A DNA stretch of 64,000 nt from sequence record NC_061443.1, one strand, 5' to 3'. The position numbers were made by a program, and so were the translations under genes. This document shows positions 1 through 9,965 of the stretch, in pieces. The first letter of the stretch is position 1, and every line of letters starts with the position of its first letter. Below the pieces are notes generated by a model. The model made no database searches. It saw only the letters and a list, made by a program, of their open reading frames with translations, and was not told the DNA's origin.

Positions 1-1506
1 ATGGAAATGTTTTCGCTTGGCCTGGAAGTTCGGGCCATTCGAACTATCACGAACCCAAAGATTAAGGAAGGTTACAGGACGGCCATGATGGGTCGTCTTG
101 CAACAGGCCACTTTAGTTCGGAAGTAACTCGCAAGTCATTCCGCCGCATCACGAAGCTGGTGGAATCACGAAGCGAAATAATTGATTGGGAAGACTTGCT
201 GGAAGACCCGAACTTGACCGAAGAGTTCAGGGATAGTCTGCGGGAAGCAGAAGAAAAGCCAGCAAAGACCATGAAGGGCTTTGACAAGATATTCGACAGT
301 CTGGAGAAGTACCGTCAGCGTCGTGATATCATGAACCTCGGTAAGCAGATTGCTAAAGACTTTAGCGATGCAGACCCAGAGGAGTTCGACGAGCAGACGT
401 ACATGCAAGAGCTGGCGGATAAGCTGGGTCAAGCGCAGCGTGGCACCCGTAAGACTGAGAAGGTTTGGTCATTCGGTGGCAAGAAGTCGAACGCCATGAA
501 GTTAGCGAAGCAGGTAATCACTAACCCGAAAGAGGTGATGTACAAAACTGGCTTCAAGACGTATGACAATAAGAACGGCGGTTGGCCTACGACTGGCGTT
601 GTGTTGTTAGCAGGTTCAACGTCTGGTGGTAAGTCTGTTATCTCAATGAACCTCGCTGATGCAATGGCGAAAGTAAACGGCATTCACTGTCTCAAGGTCA
701 CACTCGAAATGACCGCCGAGCAGGAAATGAAGCGTATGCTCTCGATGATCAGCGGCATCGACTTCTGGAAGATCAAGCAAGGTAAATTGTCGAAACGCGA
801 GCAGACGCAGTTGCTGAAAGCCGCGAAGCAGTACGACAAGATTATGAAGAAGGCGAAGGGGCGTAACTCATTCACGTCTCCTGAACGTGGCATGTCGATT
901 GATGACGTTCTGTGTATGTCGATCCCGTATGGCGTCCACGTAACCTTCATCGACTACGTTGGTCTGTTAGAAGGTATCGACAACGACAACCAGTGGCGCG
1001 AACTGTCTACGATTGTTCGTAAAGCGAAAGTACATGCGAACGCAACAGGCCAGCTTGTTGTTATCCTGTGTCAGCTTGATGACCAGACTGGTCGTATTCG
1101 TTACTCTGGTGGTATGCGCGAACACGCCGACGTTGTGTGGGCATGGAACTACTCTGACCCTGAGATCCGTGAAGGCAAAGTGATTCCTGTTCAGGTAATG
1201 AAAGCGCGTGATGGTGAGTTGTTCGAAATGGCGTTGGAAGATGCGTTCGAGACAATGACCGTGCGTGATGCTGGCGCTGATGCTGAAATACCGAAGTCAG
1301 GTAAAGTTATCTCAACTGACGATATGGAAGGTAAGGGAGATTCCAAGAAGAAATTCGGGAAAGGTAATTTCAAGAAGAAGGATAAAATTGAGATTAAGAA
1401 GTCGCGTCGTGGTGCTGCTGCATTCCTTGATGCGGGTAATAGCGATGACGATGACGGCGACCTACCGAAGAAAAAGAAAAAGCGTAAGTCTTATGACGTA
1501 GCTTAG
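1..1506 (+). CDS. dnaB: DnaB-like replicative helicase (may begin upstream of window)
   Basis: Walker A GSTSGGKS, TLEM motif, FIDYVGLL (Walker B), ILCQL, KARDG arginine finger; Lys/Asp-rich C-terminal tail. Confidence 0.9.
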   Translation: MEMFSLGLEVRAIRTITNPKIKEGYRTAMMGRLATGHFSSEVTRKSFRRITKLVESRSEIIDWEDLLEDPNLTEEFRDSLREAEEKPAKTMKGFDKIFDSLEKYRQRRDIMNLGKQIAKDFSDADPEEFDEQTYMQELADKLGQAQRGTRKTEKVWSFGGKKSNAMKLAKQVITNPKEVMYKTGFKTYDNKNGGWPTTGVVLLAGSTSGGKSVISMNLADAMAKVNGIHCLKVTLEMTAEQEMKRMLSMISGIDFWKIKQGKLSKREQTQLLKAAKQYDKIMKKAKGRNSFTSPERGMSIDDVLCMSIPYGVHVTFIDYVGLLEGIDNDNQWRELSTIVRKAKVHANATGQLVVILCQLDDQTGRIRYSGGMREHADVVWAWNYSDPEIREGKVIPVQVMKARDGELFEMALEDAFETMTVRDAGADAEIPKSGKVISTDDMEGKGDSKKKFGKGNFKKKDKIEIKKSRRGAAAFLDAGNSDDDDGDLPKKKKKRKSYDVA

Positions 1507-1514
1507 GAGTCTCT

Positions 1515-1757
1515 ATGGATGAAATCCAGTGGCTAGTCTTCGATGACGAAGCCAACCTAAACATAGACAAGGATTATGTCTATCACGTTCGCACCAAGGA
1601 GGGTGCAGAGCATTCTGGTATGTACCCTAACGGAGCTGGCTTTCACTGTCAGAACCCAGGACAGCCTGGTCGTGTAGCAATGTCCGACGTAACGCATTAT
1701 GCTGTGCAGATGACATTCGATGACCATGCAGATAAGTTCGTATTCGGCCGTGAGTAA
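1515..1757 (+). CDS. hypothetical protein
   Basis: 80-aa ORF with AGGAG RBS, directly after helicase. Confidence 0.6.
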   Translation: MDEIQWLVFDDEANLNIDKDYVYHVRTKEGAEHSGMYPNGAGFHCQNPGQPGRVAMSDVTHYAVQMTFDDHADKFVFGRE

Positions 1758-2541
1758 CTTCGAAGGGCCGTACGGACTCGTCGAGTCTGACCAGATGATC
1801 CCACGCTGGTCGTACCCTGTTAAGCATGGACAGGTACGTAGAGTCGAAGCGTGGGAACTCGATACCTTGCCGAACGCAACGCAGCAAGTGCGAATGGTAA
1901 ATGACATTCACGCAATTCATAACACACCTGTAGAGGATTATGATGACGCACTCGATCTCGATGAAGAAGCCGCAACGATCTCAAAAACTGAGTCCCGACT
2001 TCTTATCAAGCCTCGACTCGATGAAGTCCGTGCCCGTAAAAACAAAGACCACCTTAGTCCAGAGAACGTCTTCTCCGTCACCGACGAAGTAATTGATGGT
2101 GCTCTGGATAGCATTGATGCTTACTCTGAAACGTTCCGTGATTACCTAATGCACCATGTGTTCAGCCCTATACTCGGGTTTGACATTGCAGCAGGTGAGG
2201 TCGAAGCAATCGCCAAAGACTGTCTCAAGACGGACTTAGAGATTGACAGCGAGCTTGTGCCGTATATCGAGCGCGTAGGGCTTGCTAACGTTCTCGGCGT
2301 AATGCTATCGAAGTCTAACTCTGTGCCTGAATCAGTACGCGCTGACGTGCTGAAAGACTGGCTGATTAAAGCGTTCGATGATGTACGCGCAGAGCATAAG
2401 CTGAAAGGTAACAGCTTGCGTGAACAAATACGCAGACTAATGCACGGTAACAATGATCTCGTAGCTAAAGGACCTGGTATAGGTACGACGCGCGGGTTCT
2501 CTGATTATAGGAAACAGATGACCGAGAATGGCCAAGCCTAA
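1750..2541 (+). CDS. hypothetical protein, possible terminase small subunit by position
   Basis: helical ORF overlapping the start of the large terminase; start (GTG 1750 or ATG 1795) uncertain; function from synteny only. Confidence 0.4.
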   Translation: MSNFEGPYGLVESDQMIPRWSYPVKHGQVRRVEAWELDTLPNATQQVRMVNDIHAIHNTPVEDYDDALDLDEEAATISKTESRLLIKPRLDEVRARKNKDHLSPENVFSVTDEVIDGALDSIDAYSETFRDYLMHHVFSPILGFDIAAGEVEAIAKDCLKTDLEIDSELVPYIERVGLANVLGVMLSKSNSVPESVRADVLKDWLIKAFDDVRAEHKLKGNSLREQIRRLMHGNNDLVAKGPGIGTTRGFSDYRKQMTENGQA

Positions 2542-5362
2542 GAAGGGCCCAGCTTTTACCTTGCGTCCAAAACGCATTGCAGCATTCGATGCGCTGCTTG
2601 GCGATGACGTAAAGGTAGAGGCTTCTTCTGACATGGACTTCTTGTCGGATAATAGTTCGAGTGCGATTAACTTCTTGGAGAAGGGCGAGGTAAACATCGT
2701 TGACTTGGTTGAAGGTGCGTTAGAACAACGTACCATCGTACCACGCGATTTGAAGTTCGATGACAGTTCAATGCCCAAGGCGAAAAACTTCCTTGAGTGG
2801 TGTACGAGTCCCGACTTCTTAAAAGCCGAGCCGTATCTTGAACAGGCCTTGATTGGTCTACGCTTGTTTGGAGAGATCTGCGTTCGCTGCTCTCCTGATT
2901 TGCAATGGCAGTACACTGAAAACCACGAGCCGCAAGAGACTACAGCCGCAATCGAGGAGCATCTGCACTTGTTGCATAACGGTGTGTGTCCTCATTGCGG
3001 CGCTCGTCGTTCTGAGATGATTCGCAAGAAAGAGATGAACTTCTATAACGAGCTGGCAGTGAATGCCGGACAGCGTTGTGTGATTGCTTCAACTCCTGTC
3101 GCCACTTCTCGCGGTATCATGCCTATCGGTCATATGATGATAGGTCACGACACTCCTGGATTCCACAAGCCTCGTCGCAATTTCAATGCGCACAATGGTC
3201 GTGAGATCAAGAAGGTCAGTCAGGTGTACGTGTCGGACGAAAGCCCTACGAAAGTAGTGATGCTCGCAAACGGCATTTGGGTAGAAGCCACTGACGAGCA
3301 CCCGATTCGTACCGAACACGGATTCAAGAAAGCTGCCAAGATTCGTCCTGGTGATAGAATTGAAATTCGTCTTGGTACTAACACGTGGGGCAAGATTCAA
3401 CGTCCTGTCAGTATCTACGATGCAGGTCTGTCTACACGCGAAGATGCGTTGCGCTACATCTCTGATCGCTCTCTGCCTTTTGGCGAGAAGATGCAGCAAT
3501 ACGTGTCTAACGATGACGACGCTCTGCAAATGGTCTGGTCTATTTTGCTTAACGCAGGCTATATGCCTAGTGTGCTGCACGGACCTGGCGATAAGAGCAT
3601 CCTGTTCGACCTGACAAAAGAGCCAGAAGTGCGCTCGGCTCACATTGAAGTAACTGACGTCCGACCAGGTACGCCGCAAGTAACGTATGACCTCCAGATG
3701 GAAGGTCTGCCTCAGTTTGTGGCTAGTGGTATGATACACCACAACAGCGGTAAGTCCGTTGTAGTTGCGATGATATCTACCTATCTGACGCACAGGCTGC
3801 TTATGTCGCAGTCGCCTACTGGCATCCTGAGTATCGACAACACAACCGTACTACACGGCACGTTCGTTGCGCTCACCCAGAAGCAAGCGTCTGATACACT
3901 CTGGACACCTTACTTCAACTACATCATGGGTAGTCCTTGGTTCCAAGCATATCATGATTTGATTCGCAGACACGAGCGCCGCTACGGCATCGAAGTGATG
4001 AAGATTCGTGATACGTTCGTGCTGTATGGGCACAGGAACTTTGTTATCTACCCAGCAGGTCCCGATGGTCGTATTCTTCGTGGACGAACACGCGTACTGG
4101 CGGTGATCGATGAAGTGGCGTATTTCGACAACGACGCCCAATCCAAAAAGATCAAAGTCAGTGCTGGTGCTGTGTACGGAGCGCTCGACCGTTCACTTGC
4201 GACCGTGCGGGCGAAAGAACGAAGGCAGGTGGAGGCCGGCTACGACGAGGCATTCACGGGTTACTTCTGCAACATCAGTAGCCCGGTACACGCTCGTGAT
4301 AAGATTAACGAGCTGTTGCGTATGTCCGTCGGTAGTGAGAAGCTGTTAGGCATTCATGCTCCTACGTGGAAGATGAACCCTGACATGCCACGCGATTCAG
4401 AGTTCCTGTTAGAAGCGTTCAAGCGTGACCCTGTAGGTGCAGCGCGAGATTATGGCGCAGAGGCACCGTTGTCTGCTAACCCATTCATCACGCAGCCTAC
4501 ATTTATCGCAGATGCTATTCGTGAGAAGGGTCGTTCGATGTGTACCTATACGCATCACATCATTCGACACAAAGACGGCGAGCGCCAGCGCTATGGTGCT
4601 TTAGTCAAAGCGGCAACGACAACCAAAGCGTCTATCCTTGCGATTGATGCTGGCTTCTCGAATAACAGTTTTGCACTCGTAACAGGCTCACGAGGCGATG
4701 ACGGTATTATCAGTGTTGACTGTCTGGTGGAGATTGTTCCAAAGCCAGGTATCCCTCTGAACTATACCTTAATCTTCGATGAACTGCTTATCCCGCTATG
4801 TAAGGCCCGTAACGTTCGTGTAATGCTTGCCGACCAGTGGCAATCGCTCAAGTTGCTGCAAGATGCTAAACTGAAAGTGGACTCGATTGAAGAATCAGAT
4901 CAGTACAGCCTGAAATATCAGGATATGTGGACTGTGAAGACGATGTTCGAATCTACTCCAAGCCGCATCACACTGCCTCGCATGACGAACGCGAAGACGA
5001 TTATGGACACGCTGAAATACGACGGCGACGAATATCCTCAGTGCTTCGAGAACAAACCAACAGAGCACTTGATCATGCAGCTCCAGACCGTACAGGACAC
5101 TGGACGTAGCGTCATCAAGAACACAGGCGCAACAGATGACCTGTGGCGAGCAATGGCACTCATGGTCTATGGCTTCGAGTGTGGTGAGTATGACGAGTAT
5201 CTGATTAAAGCGCCAGAAGTATCAATCAACCGTGACCCGAATCGTTTAGGCCGCGTAGCGCATAGACTTAACTCAGGCTCAGCCAGTTCAACAGGCAGAC
5301 CTGCACTTAGTGGTGGCCGTGTTCTTGGTTCAGCACGTACTCGGATGATTGGCCGGAAGTAA
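2528..5362 (+). CDS. terL: terminase large subunit (intein-containing)
   Basis: after splicing Walker A GQR-SGKS; LRGRT and VIDEVAYF Walker B; NISSP; nuclease LAIDAG; N-terminal CxxC...CPHC. Confidence 0.92.
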   Translation: MAKPKKGPAFTLRPKRIAAFDALLGDDVKVEASSDMDFLSDNSSSAINFLEKGEVNIVDLVEGALEQRTIVPRDLKFDDSSMPKAKNFLEWCTSPDFLKAEPYLEQALIGLRLFGEICVRCSPDLQWQYTENHEPQETTAAIEEHLHLLHNGVCPHCGARRSEMIRKKEMNFYNELAVNAGQRCVIASTPVATSRGIMPIGHMMIGHDTPGFHKPRRNFNAHNGREIKKVSQVYVSDESPTKVVMLANGIWVEATDEHPIRTEHGFKKAAKIRPGDRIEIRLGTNTWGKIQRPVSIYDAGLSTREDALRYISDRSLPFGEKMQQYVSNDDDALQMVWSILLNAGYMPSVLHGPGDKSILFDLTKEPEVRSAHIEVTDVRPGTPQVTYDLQMEGLPQFVASGMIHHNSGKSVVVAMISTYLTHRLLMSQSPTGILSIDNTTVLHGTFVALTQKQASDTLWTPYFNYIMGSPWFQAYHDLIRRHERRYGIEVMKIRDTFVLYGHRNFVIYPAGPDGRILRGRTRVLAVIDEVAYFDNDAQSKKIKVSAGAVYGALDRSLATVRAKERRQVEAGYDEAFTGYFCNISSPVHARDKINELLRMSVGSEKLLGIHAPTWKMNPDMPRDSEFLLEAFKRDPVGAARDYGAEAPLSANPFITQPTFIADAIREKGRSMCTYTHHIIRHKDGERQRYGALVKAATTTKASILAIDAGFSNNSFALVTGSRGDDGIISVDCLVEIVPKPGIPLNYTLIFDELLIPLCKARNVRVMLADQWQSLKLLQDAKLKVDSIEESDQYSLKYQDMWTVKTMFESTPSRITLPRMTNAKTIMDTLKYDGDEYPQCFENKPTEHLIMQLQTVQDTGRSVIKNTGATDDLWRAMALMVYGFECGEYDEYLIKAPEVSINRDPNRLGRVAHRLNSGSASSTGRPALSGGRVLGSARTRMIGRK
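3077..3745 (+). mobile_element. intein (223 aa, reduced endonuclease region) in TerL Walker A
   Basis: starts CVIASTPV, block B ATDEHPI, ends YDLQM...IHHN followed by Ser. Confidence 0.9.
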
Positions 5363-5401
5363 GCTAATTTGAATGAGACAGTTCATACAAGGAATACGAT
5401 C

Positions 5402-5614
5402 ATGACCAAGCACTATAACCCACTGCTGGCCTCGAACACTGTAAAGTCAGAGTCGAGTGACACGCAGCAAAGCACAAGTGGCGCTTTCGTAGTTGACAGC
5501 GCTAACGTGTGTCCTAAGTGTAGCTCTGCAACTGTGCCTACACAACTACTCTCTGGCGAGGGTGTTATGTTCTGCACAGGCTGCCGCGTAAGTCTCGCAA
5601 TCCCTTTGAAGTGA
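5402..5614 (+). CDS. small zinc-ribbon protein
   Basis: CPKC...CTGC; AAGGA RBS before ATG 5402. Confidence 0.65.
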   Translation: MTKHYNPLLASNTVKSESSDTQQSTSGAFVVDSANVCPKCSSATVPTQLLSGEGVMFCTGCRVSLAIPLK

Positions 5615-5621
5615 GGTAATT

Positions 5622-7553
5622 ATGGGCGTCCAGGTTGGTCGTCGTCAATTAGGCGGCGCACCCTCGGAGCCTGCAAAGAAGAAAGAAACTTCTCTCGGCG
5701 CAGCCTCCTTACCGCGCGAGATAGGCAAAGCAATCCGCAGTGAGAGTTCGAAGCGTAGCATGAACTTCACCTCTCAATCTGCGGGCGGCGCAGGAATGGC
5801 TGCTGGTAATATGCAAATTGGTTCAGTGCCTCTTGATATCGACTTAGAGCCGATGATGGAAGGTATGGACTATGATGCTGACGACCGGCAGCTATTCAAT
5901 GTCTACCGCGATATGTATCACTTCGATCCAATCTGCGGCTCTTATGTGGACTTGTTCTCAACGCTACCGTTCTCCGATGTGAGTTTCAGTGGTGCGAAGG
6001 ACAGTGTGCTTGAGCCGTACTACGAAGTGAATGAACGTCTGTCACTGACGACCAGTATGCCGAACATCACAACTGATATTCAGGTGACTGGCGCGTTCGT
6101 TGGCTCGATGATCTACAACAAAGACCGTAAAAAGTTTATCGACTTGATGACGCACCGTTACGACAACATCGACGTGACGCCACTGCCGTTCATCAGTCAG
6201 GACCCTATGTTCGAACTGCGCATCCCTCAATACGTGAAGTCTGCCTTTGCTAAAGAAGGTAAACGTATTGACGCGCTGAAAAAAGAGCTGGGCCCTGGGT
6301 TTGTTGATAAGCTCATGAACGACACCACGATGGAGCTTGACCCCATCGGTACAATCTACATCCCGCGTAAAACATTCAGCTTTGGCGAAGGTATCTCGGT
6401 GTTACGCCGTGTGCTGCCTATTTGGCTGATAGAGAAGAACCTCTATCGCGGTACGTTGATTGAATCTGGTCGTCGTCAACGCGGTATCTTACATGCCCAG
6501 TTGGGTGATGGAGATCAGTGGGAACCGTCGCAAGAAGAAATGGACTTTATGACCGACCTTCTTCTGTCTGCGGATAGTGACCCGATTGGATCTATCATCA
6601 CGACCCGACTCGGTGTGAACATCAGTGAGTTCCGTCAAGGCGGTGACTTCTGGAAGATTACGGATATCTGGGACCAGACTGCTCAATTCAAAATGCGAGC
6701 GATGGGTATCAGTGAAGCGTTCCTAAGCGGTGAAGCGAACTATGACTCGGGTGCTGCTGGCCTGACGATTTTCGTTGAAGCGATGCGCGCGTTCCGTGAT
6801 CATCTGACGCGTAAGGTCTACTACGAGAAAGTCTTCCCACTTATCAGTATGATGAACGGCTTAGCTGTTCAGCGTAACGGTAAGATCATCAAAAAGAACA
6901 ACATGATGGAAGGTGGCCTGACCGAAGTAATGTACAAGATGAATGACGGCTCTAAGCTGTTTATTCCGAACGTGCATTGGTCTAAGCAACTCCGTCCTGA
7001 CGTTGATCAGGCGATGATGGAAAACTTACGTGCGATGACTGAACTGGGTGTTCCAGTTCCGTTACGTGCTATCGCTGCTGCGGGCGGGTACAACTTCGAC
7101 CAGATTCTTATGGATCAGGATGAAGACCTCGCAATGCGTCGCAAACTGATGGCCTATCGCAAACGTCAGTCTGAGATTGATGCAGAGTTCGCTCCGCCTG
7201 AGCCTGGTGCAGGTGATGGTGATAGCTTTAGCTCCGTCAGTTCTATGTCTGCTGACCTGCAACGCCGTCGCCGCCACGTAGCGGGTATCGGTCTGTCTTC
7301 TGCTGTGCTTGGTGGTGAGCAACGTAAGCTGCTCAATCGTGACTTCGGTGAACGCTCCGAAATCTTCGAGCTGTCCAAGACAGGTAAGAAGAAGCACGTC
7401 TTCCGTCAGTCTGTCGCTAACTCCAAAGCTAACGACCAGATCTGGAAAGCTGCGAAGAACTATGAAGCCAACAAAACGATGCCACTGGACGATGGTAAAG
7501 TGTCGTTCAAACCAACTCCGGGTGAGCTTCGTGCAATGTCGAGACTCCGTTAA
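5622..7553 (+). CDS. portal protein
   Basis: 643 aa just downstream of terL; YRDMYHFDPICGSYVDL resembles N-terminal helices of large-myovirus portals; GAGG RBS. Confidence 0.7.
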   Translation: MGVQVGRRQLGGAPSEPAKKKETSLGAASLPREIGKAIRSESSKRSMNFTSQSAGGAGMAAGNMQIGSVPLDIDLEPMMEGMDYDADDRQLFNVYRDMYHFDPICGSYVDLFSTLPFSDVSFSGAKDSVLEPYYEVNERLSLTTSMPNITTDIQVTGAFVGSMIYNKDRKKFIDLMTHRYDNIDVTPLPFISQDPMFELRIPQYVKSAFAKEGKRIDALKKELGPGFVDKLMNDTTMELDPIGTIYIPRKTFSFGEGISVLRRVLPIWLIEKNLYRGTLIESGRRQRGILHAQLGDGDQWEPSQEEMDFMTDLLLSADSDPIGSIITTRLGVNISEFRQGGDFWKITDIWDQTAQFKMRAMGISEAFLSGEANYDSGAAGLTIFVEAMRAFRDHLTRKVYYEKVFPLISMMNGLAVQRNGKIIKKNNMMEGGLTEVMYKMNDGSKLFIPNVHWSKQLRPDVDQAMMENLRAMTELGVPVPLRAIAAAGGYNFDQILMDQDEDLAMRRKLMAYRKRQSEIDAEFAPPEPGAGDGDSFSSVSSMSADLQRRRRHVAGIGLSSAVLGGEQRKLLNRDFGERSEIFELSKTGKKKHVFRQSVANSKANDQIWKAAKNYEANKTMPLDDGKVSFKPTPGELRAMSRLR

Positions 7554-7888
7554 TGTACAACGTTGCTACGTGTTCAATTGACGGTACTGAGAAGGTGGTT
7601 GTGTATCGCCACCCTATCTTTACTGACTACGGTCTTGGTCTAAAGATTAACCGTGACGGTGAGATGCCTGTTGTTGAATGTAATATCGTGACAGGCACCA
7701 TTGATGGTCAATCTAAGCTGGAGACCATCAGCGACCATACGGCACCACTCGAAGTTCAAGTGTGGTGTTTTACTGGTATGCTGACTCTGCGGGAATCTGT
7801 AAATATGCAGAGCTTATCACTCGATGCCTTATTCCCAAATAACGGGGGCGTCGTATATTACCGACCAAATCAGGAGAGTACATCGTGA
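7553..7888 (+). CDS. hypothetical protein
   Basis: TAATG coupling to portal stop. Confidence 0.6.
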   Translation: MYNVATCSIDGTEKVVVYRHPIFTDYGLGLKINRDGEMPVVECNIVTGTIDGQSKLETISDHTAPLEVQVWCFTGMLTLRESVNMQSLSLDALFPNNGGVVYYRPNQESTS

Positions 7889-8274
7889 GTGGATTGTTCC
7901 CGCATCGCGTTATCACGCAGAAAGAAGGTTTCGTGTTTATCGTTCAACCTGCGGACGACACTGACCCCGAAGCTGTAGAAGCGGCTCAAGATATTGAAGC
8001 GCTTCTGGTTGAAGCGTGGCCTACTGCACCGTCTGAGCTGTCTGTCAATGACGTGCGTGACCCAGAAGAAGCCGAACTGGTGTTCGCTGATATCATGCAA
8101 CTGCTGGAAGAAGCAGAGCGCGAAGAAGCACATCAGATCGTAATCAGTGGTATCGTTGTTGTCGGCGAACTGGCCGTCGTAACCTGTATGCTGACCGGCG
8201 AAGATCTGGAAAGCGACGATGAAGAAGACGAAGACAATGATTCCGTTGAAGTTGACGAAGAAGAATTCGATTAA
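7885..8274 (+). CDS. acidic hypothetical protein
   Basis: AGGAG RBS, GTG start; D/E-rich C-terminal tail. Confidence 0.7.
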   Translation: MSGLFPHRVITQKEGFVFIVQPADDTDPEAVEAAQDIEALLVEAWPTAPSELSVNDVRDPEEAELVFADIMQLLEEAEREEAHQIVISGIVVVGELAVVTCMLTGEDLESDDEEDEDNDSVEVDEEEFD

Positions 8275-8281
8275 CGTCTGC

Positions 8282-8305
8282 CATGAGGACCTTCGGGTCC
8301 TCATG
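8282..8305 (+). promoter_or_regulatory. perfect 10-bp hairpin with C(UUCG)G loop containing an RBS-like GAGG and the next ATG
   Basis: CATGAGGACC-TTCG-GGTCCTCATG; no U tract follows. Confidence 0.75.
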
Positions 8306-8437
8306 AATCTTACTGATTCGAATCCAGTGTATGCAGCCAAGTTCCTGACGAACAAAACAGAAGACGAAGCACGTTCCCTGTTGGCCGCTCTCAATAATGA
8401 TGAAGTAACATCACTGTACGACTTAATGGTGACGTGA
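8303..8437 (+). CDS. small hypothetical protein (44 aa)
   Basis: MNLTDSNPVYAAKF...; stop overlaps next start. Confidence 0.5.
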   Translation: MNLTDSNPVYAAKFLTNKTEDEARSLLAALNNDEVTSLYDLMVT

Positions 8438-8931
8438 TGGATAATACCGTGGACGAAAGTCCTAATAGCGCAAGGCATCGCATTTTCTTCAAGCAGCCGA
8501 AACGAGTACCTCCCTTCGATACAGCTTTCATTCGTTCTTCTAACAAAGAAGGTTTGAAAGTCCTCCTATCGGCTGCCCCTGAACATTGTCAGATCATTTT
8601 GTTTACGGACGGTCCCGGCATCGCTTATGCCCTGAAACGCCTCTTTAAGCGCAACTTCAAACTCTGTTCGCAAGCTCTACAATTCGACCTTAGGACACTC
8701 ACGTTCACAGGTCAGGTCGTCTATCAGTTCACTCGTGGTGGCGGTGTGTACGAACCTCTAGCGCGTTATTTCTGCGCTGGTGAGAGTTACCTGCATGAGC
8801 TGGCACAGACGACGAAGATTGCCGAGACTGAAACTGACACTATCGACATGTTCTGTTGCGGTCTGGCGTTCCATCGCGTTCTGCTTGAGCGAGGTCGGGG
8901 ACGTTCCATCGTATTTGCGGAGGAACAATGA
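8434..8931 (+). CDS. hypothetical protein
   Basis: overlap-coupled on both sides. Confidence 0.6.
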   Translation: MMDNTVDESPNSARHRIFFKQPKRVPPFDTAFIRSSNKEGLKVLLSAAPEHCQIILFTDGPGIAYALKRLFKRNFKLCSQALQFDLRTLTFTGQVVYQFTRGGGVYEPLARYFCAGESYLHELAQTTKIAETETDTIDMFCCGLAFHRVLLERGRGRSIVFAEEQ

Positions 8932-9956
8932 GTAGATCGTTCGCCTCTATCGGCAAGACGCCTGTAGCTGGTGCAGTACCGAAGATGAAGATCAAGTACG
9001 GCAAGCTGCCTATGCTGCATGTTGTTGACGCATCGAACTGGATGTGCCGTGCTTACTTCGCAACCCAAAAGAACCCGACGTATGCCAAAGACGGAACTCC
9101 GACTTATGGCCTGCGTCAGTTCTTATATATGGCAAAAGACCTGATTGATATTGCGGCGAAAGACCCTAACGGTTCTCACATCGCATTCTGTTTCGATATT
9201 AGCTCTGAGGCTACGTGGCGTTATCGCGCTATGCAGCAATGGGCAGCGGAGCACAAGAAGAAGTACGTTCGTCAGGTGTTTAAAAAGAGTAGCGACTACA
9301 AAGGCAATCGTGATCGTTCTCTGACAAAAGAGCTTGGTGTGCAGATGGCTCTGGCGCGTGACATACTCCAGATGGCTGGCTACTACGTTGGGATTAAAAG
9401 TCCTTACGAGTGCGATGACCTCGTCGGTACGTTGAGCGACCGCTTCAAGCACAAGTACCTGATCAAGCTGTATTCGCGGGATAAAGACTACGTGCAACTT
9501 GTTGACCACAAGAACGTTGAGCTTATCATGCAAGCGCAGTCGAATGCCGCTGAGCGTCGTTTCGATCTTAAATCTGCCAAAGGATTCTTCGGTGTACCTG
9601 CTGACCGCGTTATTGATATGCTCGCTCTTTCTGGAGATAGCGTCGATAACGTTCCTGGGATTCCTGGCATTGGTGATAAGACCGCTGCCGAGTTCATCAA
9701 TCGTTTCGGTGGTGCTATCGAATTACGTGATGCTCTCTTGAGTGGTGAATTGAAATCGAATGCTGGTTGGGCGAAAGCACTGACCATGAAAGCACCTTCA
9801 ATGGATATCGAATTGCAAATGGAGCTTGTAACTATTGACCGTAACGTTCCGGGCTTACCTCGTAAGATCGAAGCGTTCATCCCGGGCCGTCCAGATATAA
9901 AAGCGTTGAAAGCAACTAAGAAACGCCTGGCACTGCCACAACTATTACACGTCTAA
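8928..9956 (+). CDS. 5'-3' exonuclease / flap endonuclease (PolI N-terminal, T4 RNase H-like)
   Basis: VVDAS, YKGNR, ECDDLVG, SRDKDYVQL, LSGDSVDNVPGIPGIGDKTA helix-hairpin-helix. Confidence 0.92.
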   Translation: MSRSFASIGKTPVAGAVPKMKIKYGKLPMLHVVDASNWMCRAYFATQKNPTYAKDGTPTYGLRQFLYMAKDLIDIAAKDPNGSHIAFCFDISSEATWRYRAMQQWAAEHKKKYVRQVFKKSSDYKGNRDRSLTKELGVQMALARDILQMAGYYVGIKSPYECDDLVGTLSDRFKHKYLIKLYSRDKDYVQLVDHKNVELIMQAQSNAAERRFDLKSAKGFFGVPADRVIDMLALSGDSVDNVPGIPGIGDKTAAEFINRFGGAIELRDALLSGELKSNAGWAKALTMKAPSMDIELQMELVTIDRNVPGLPRKIEAFIPGRPDIKALKATKKRLALPQLLHV

Positions 9957-9965
9957 GAGGGTAGT

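Noticed and set aside
1465-1488. SV40-like nuclear localisation signal PKKKKKRK in helicase
   Set aside because: Phage of bacteria; low-complexity Lys run explains the match.
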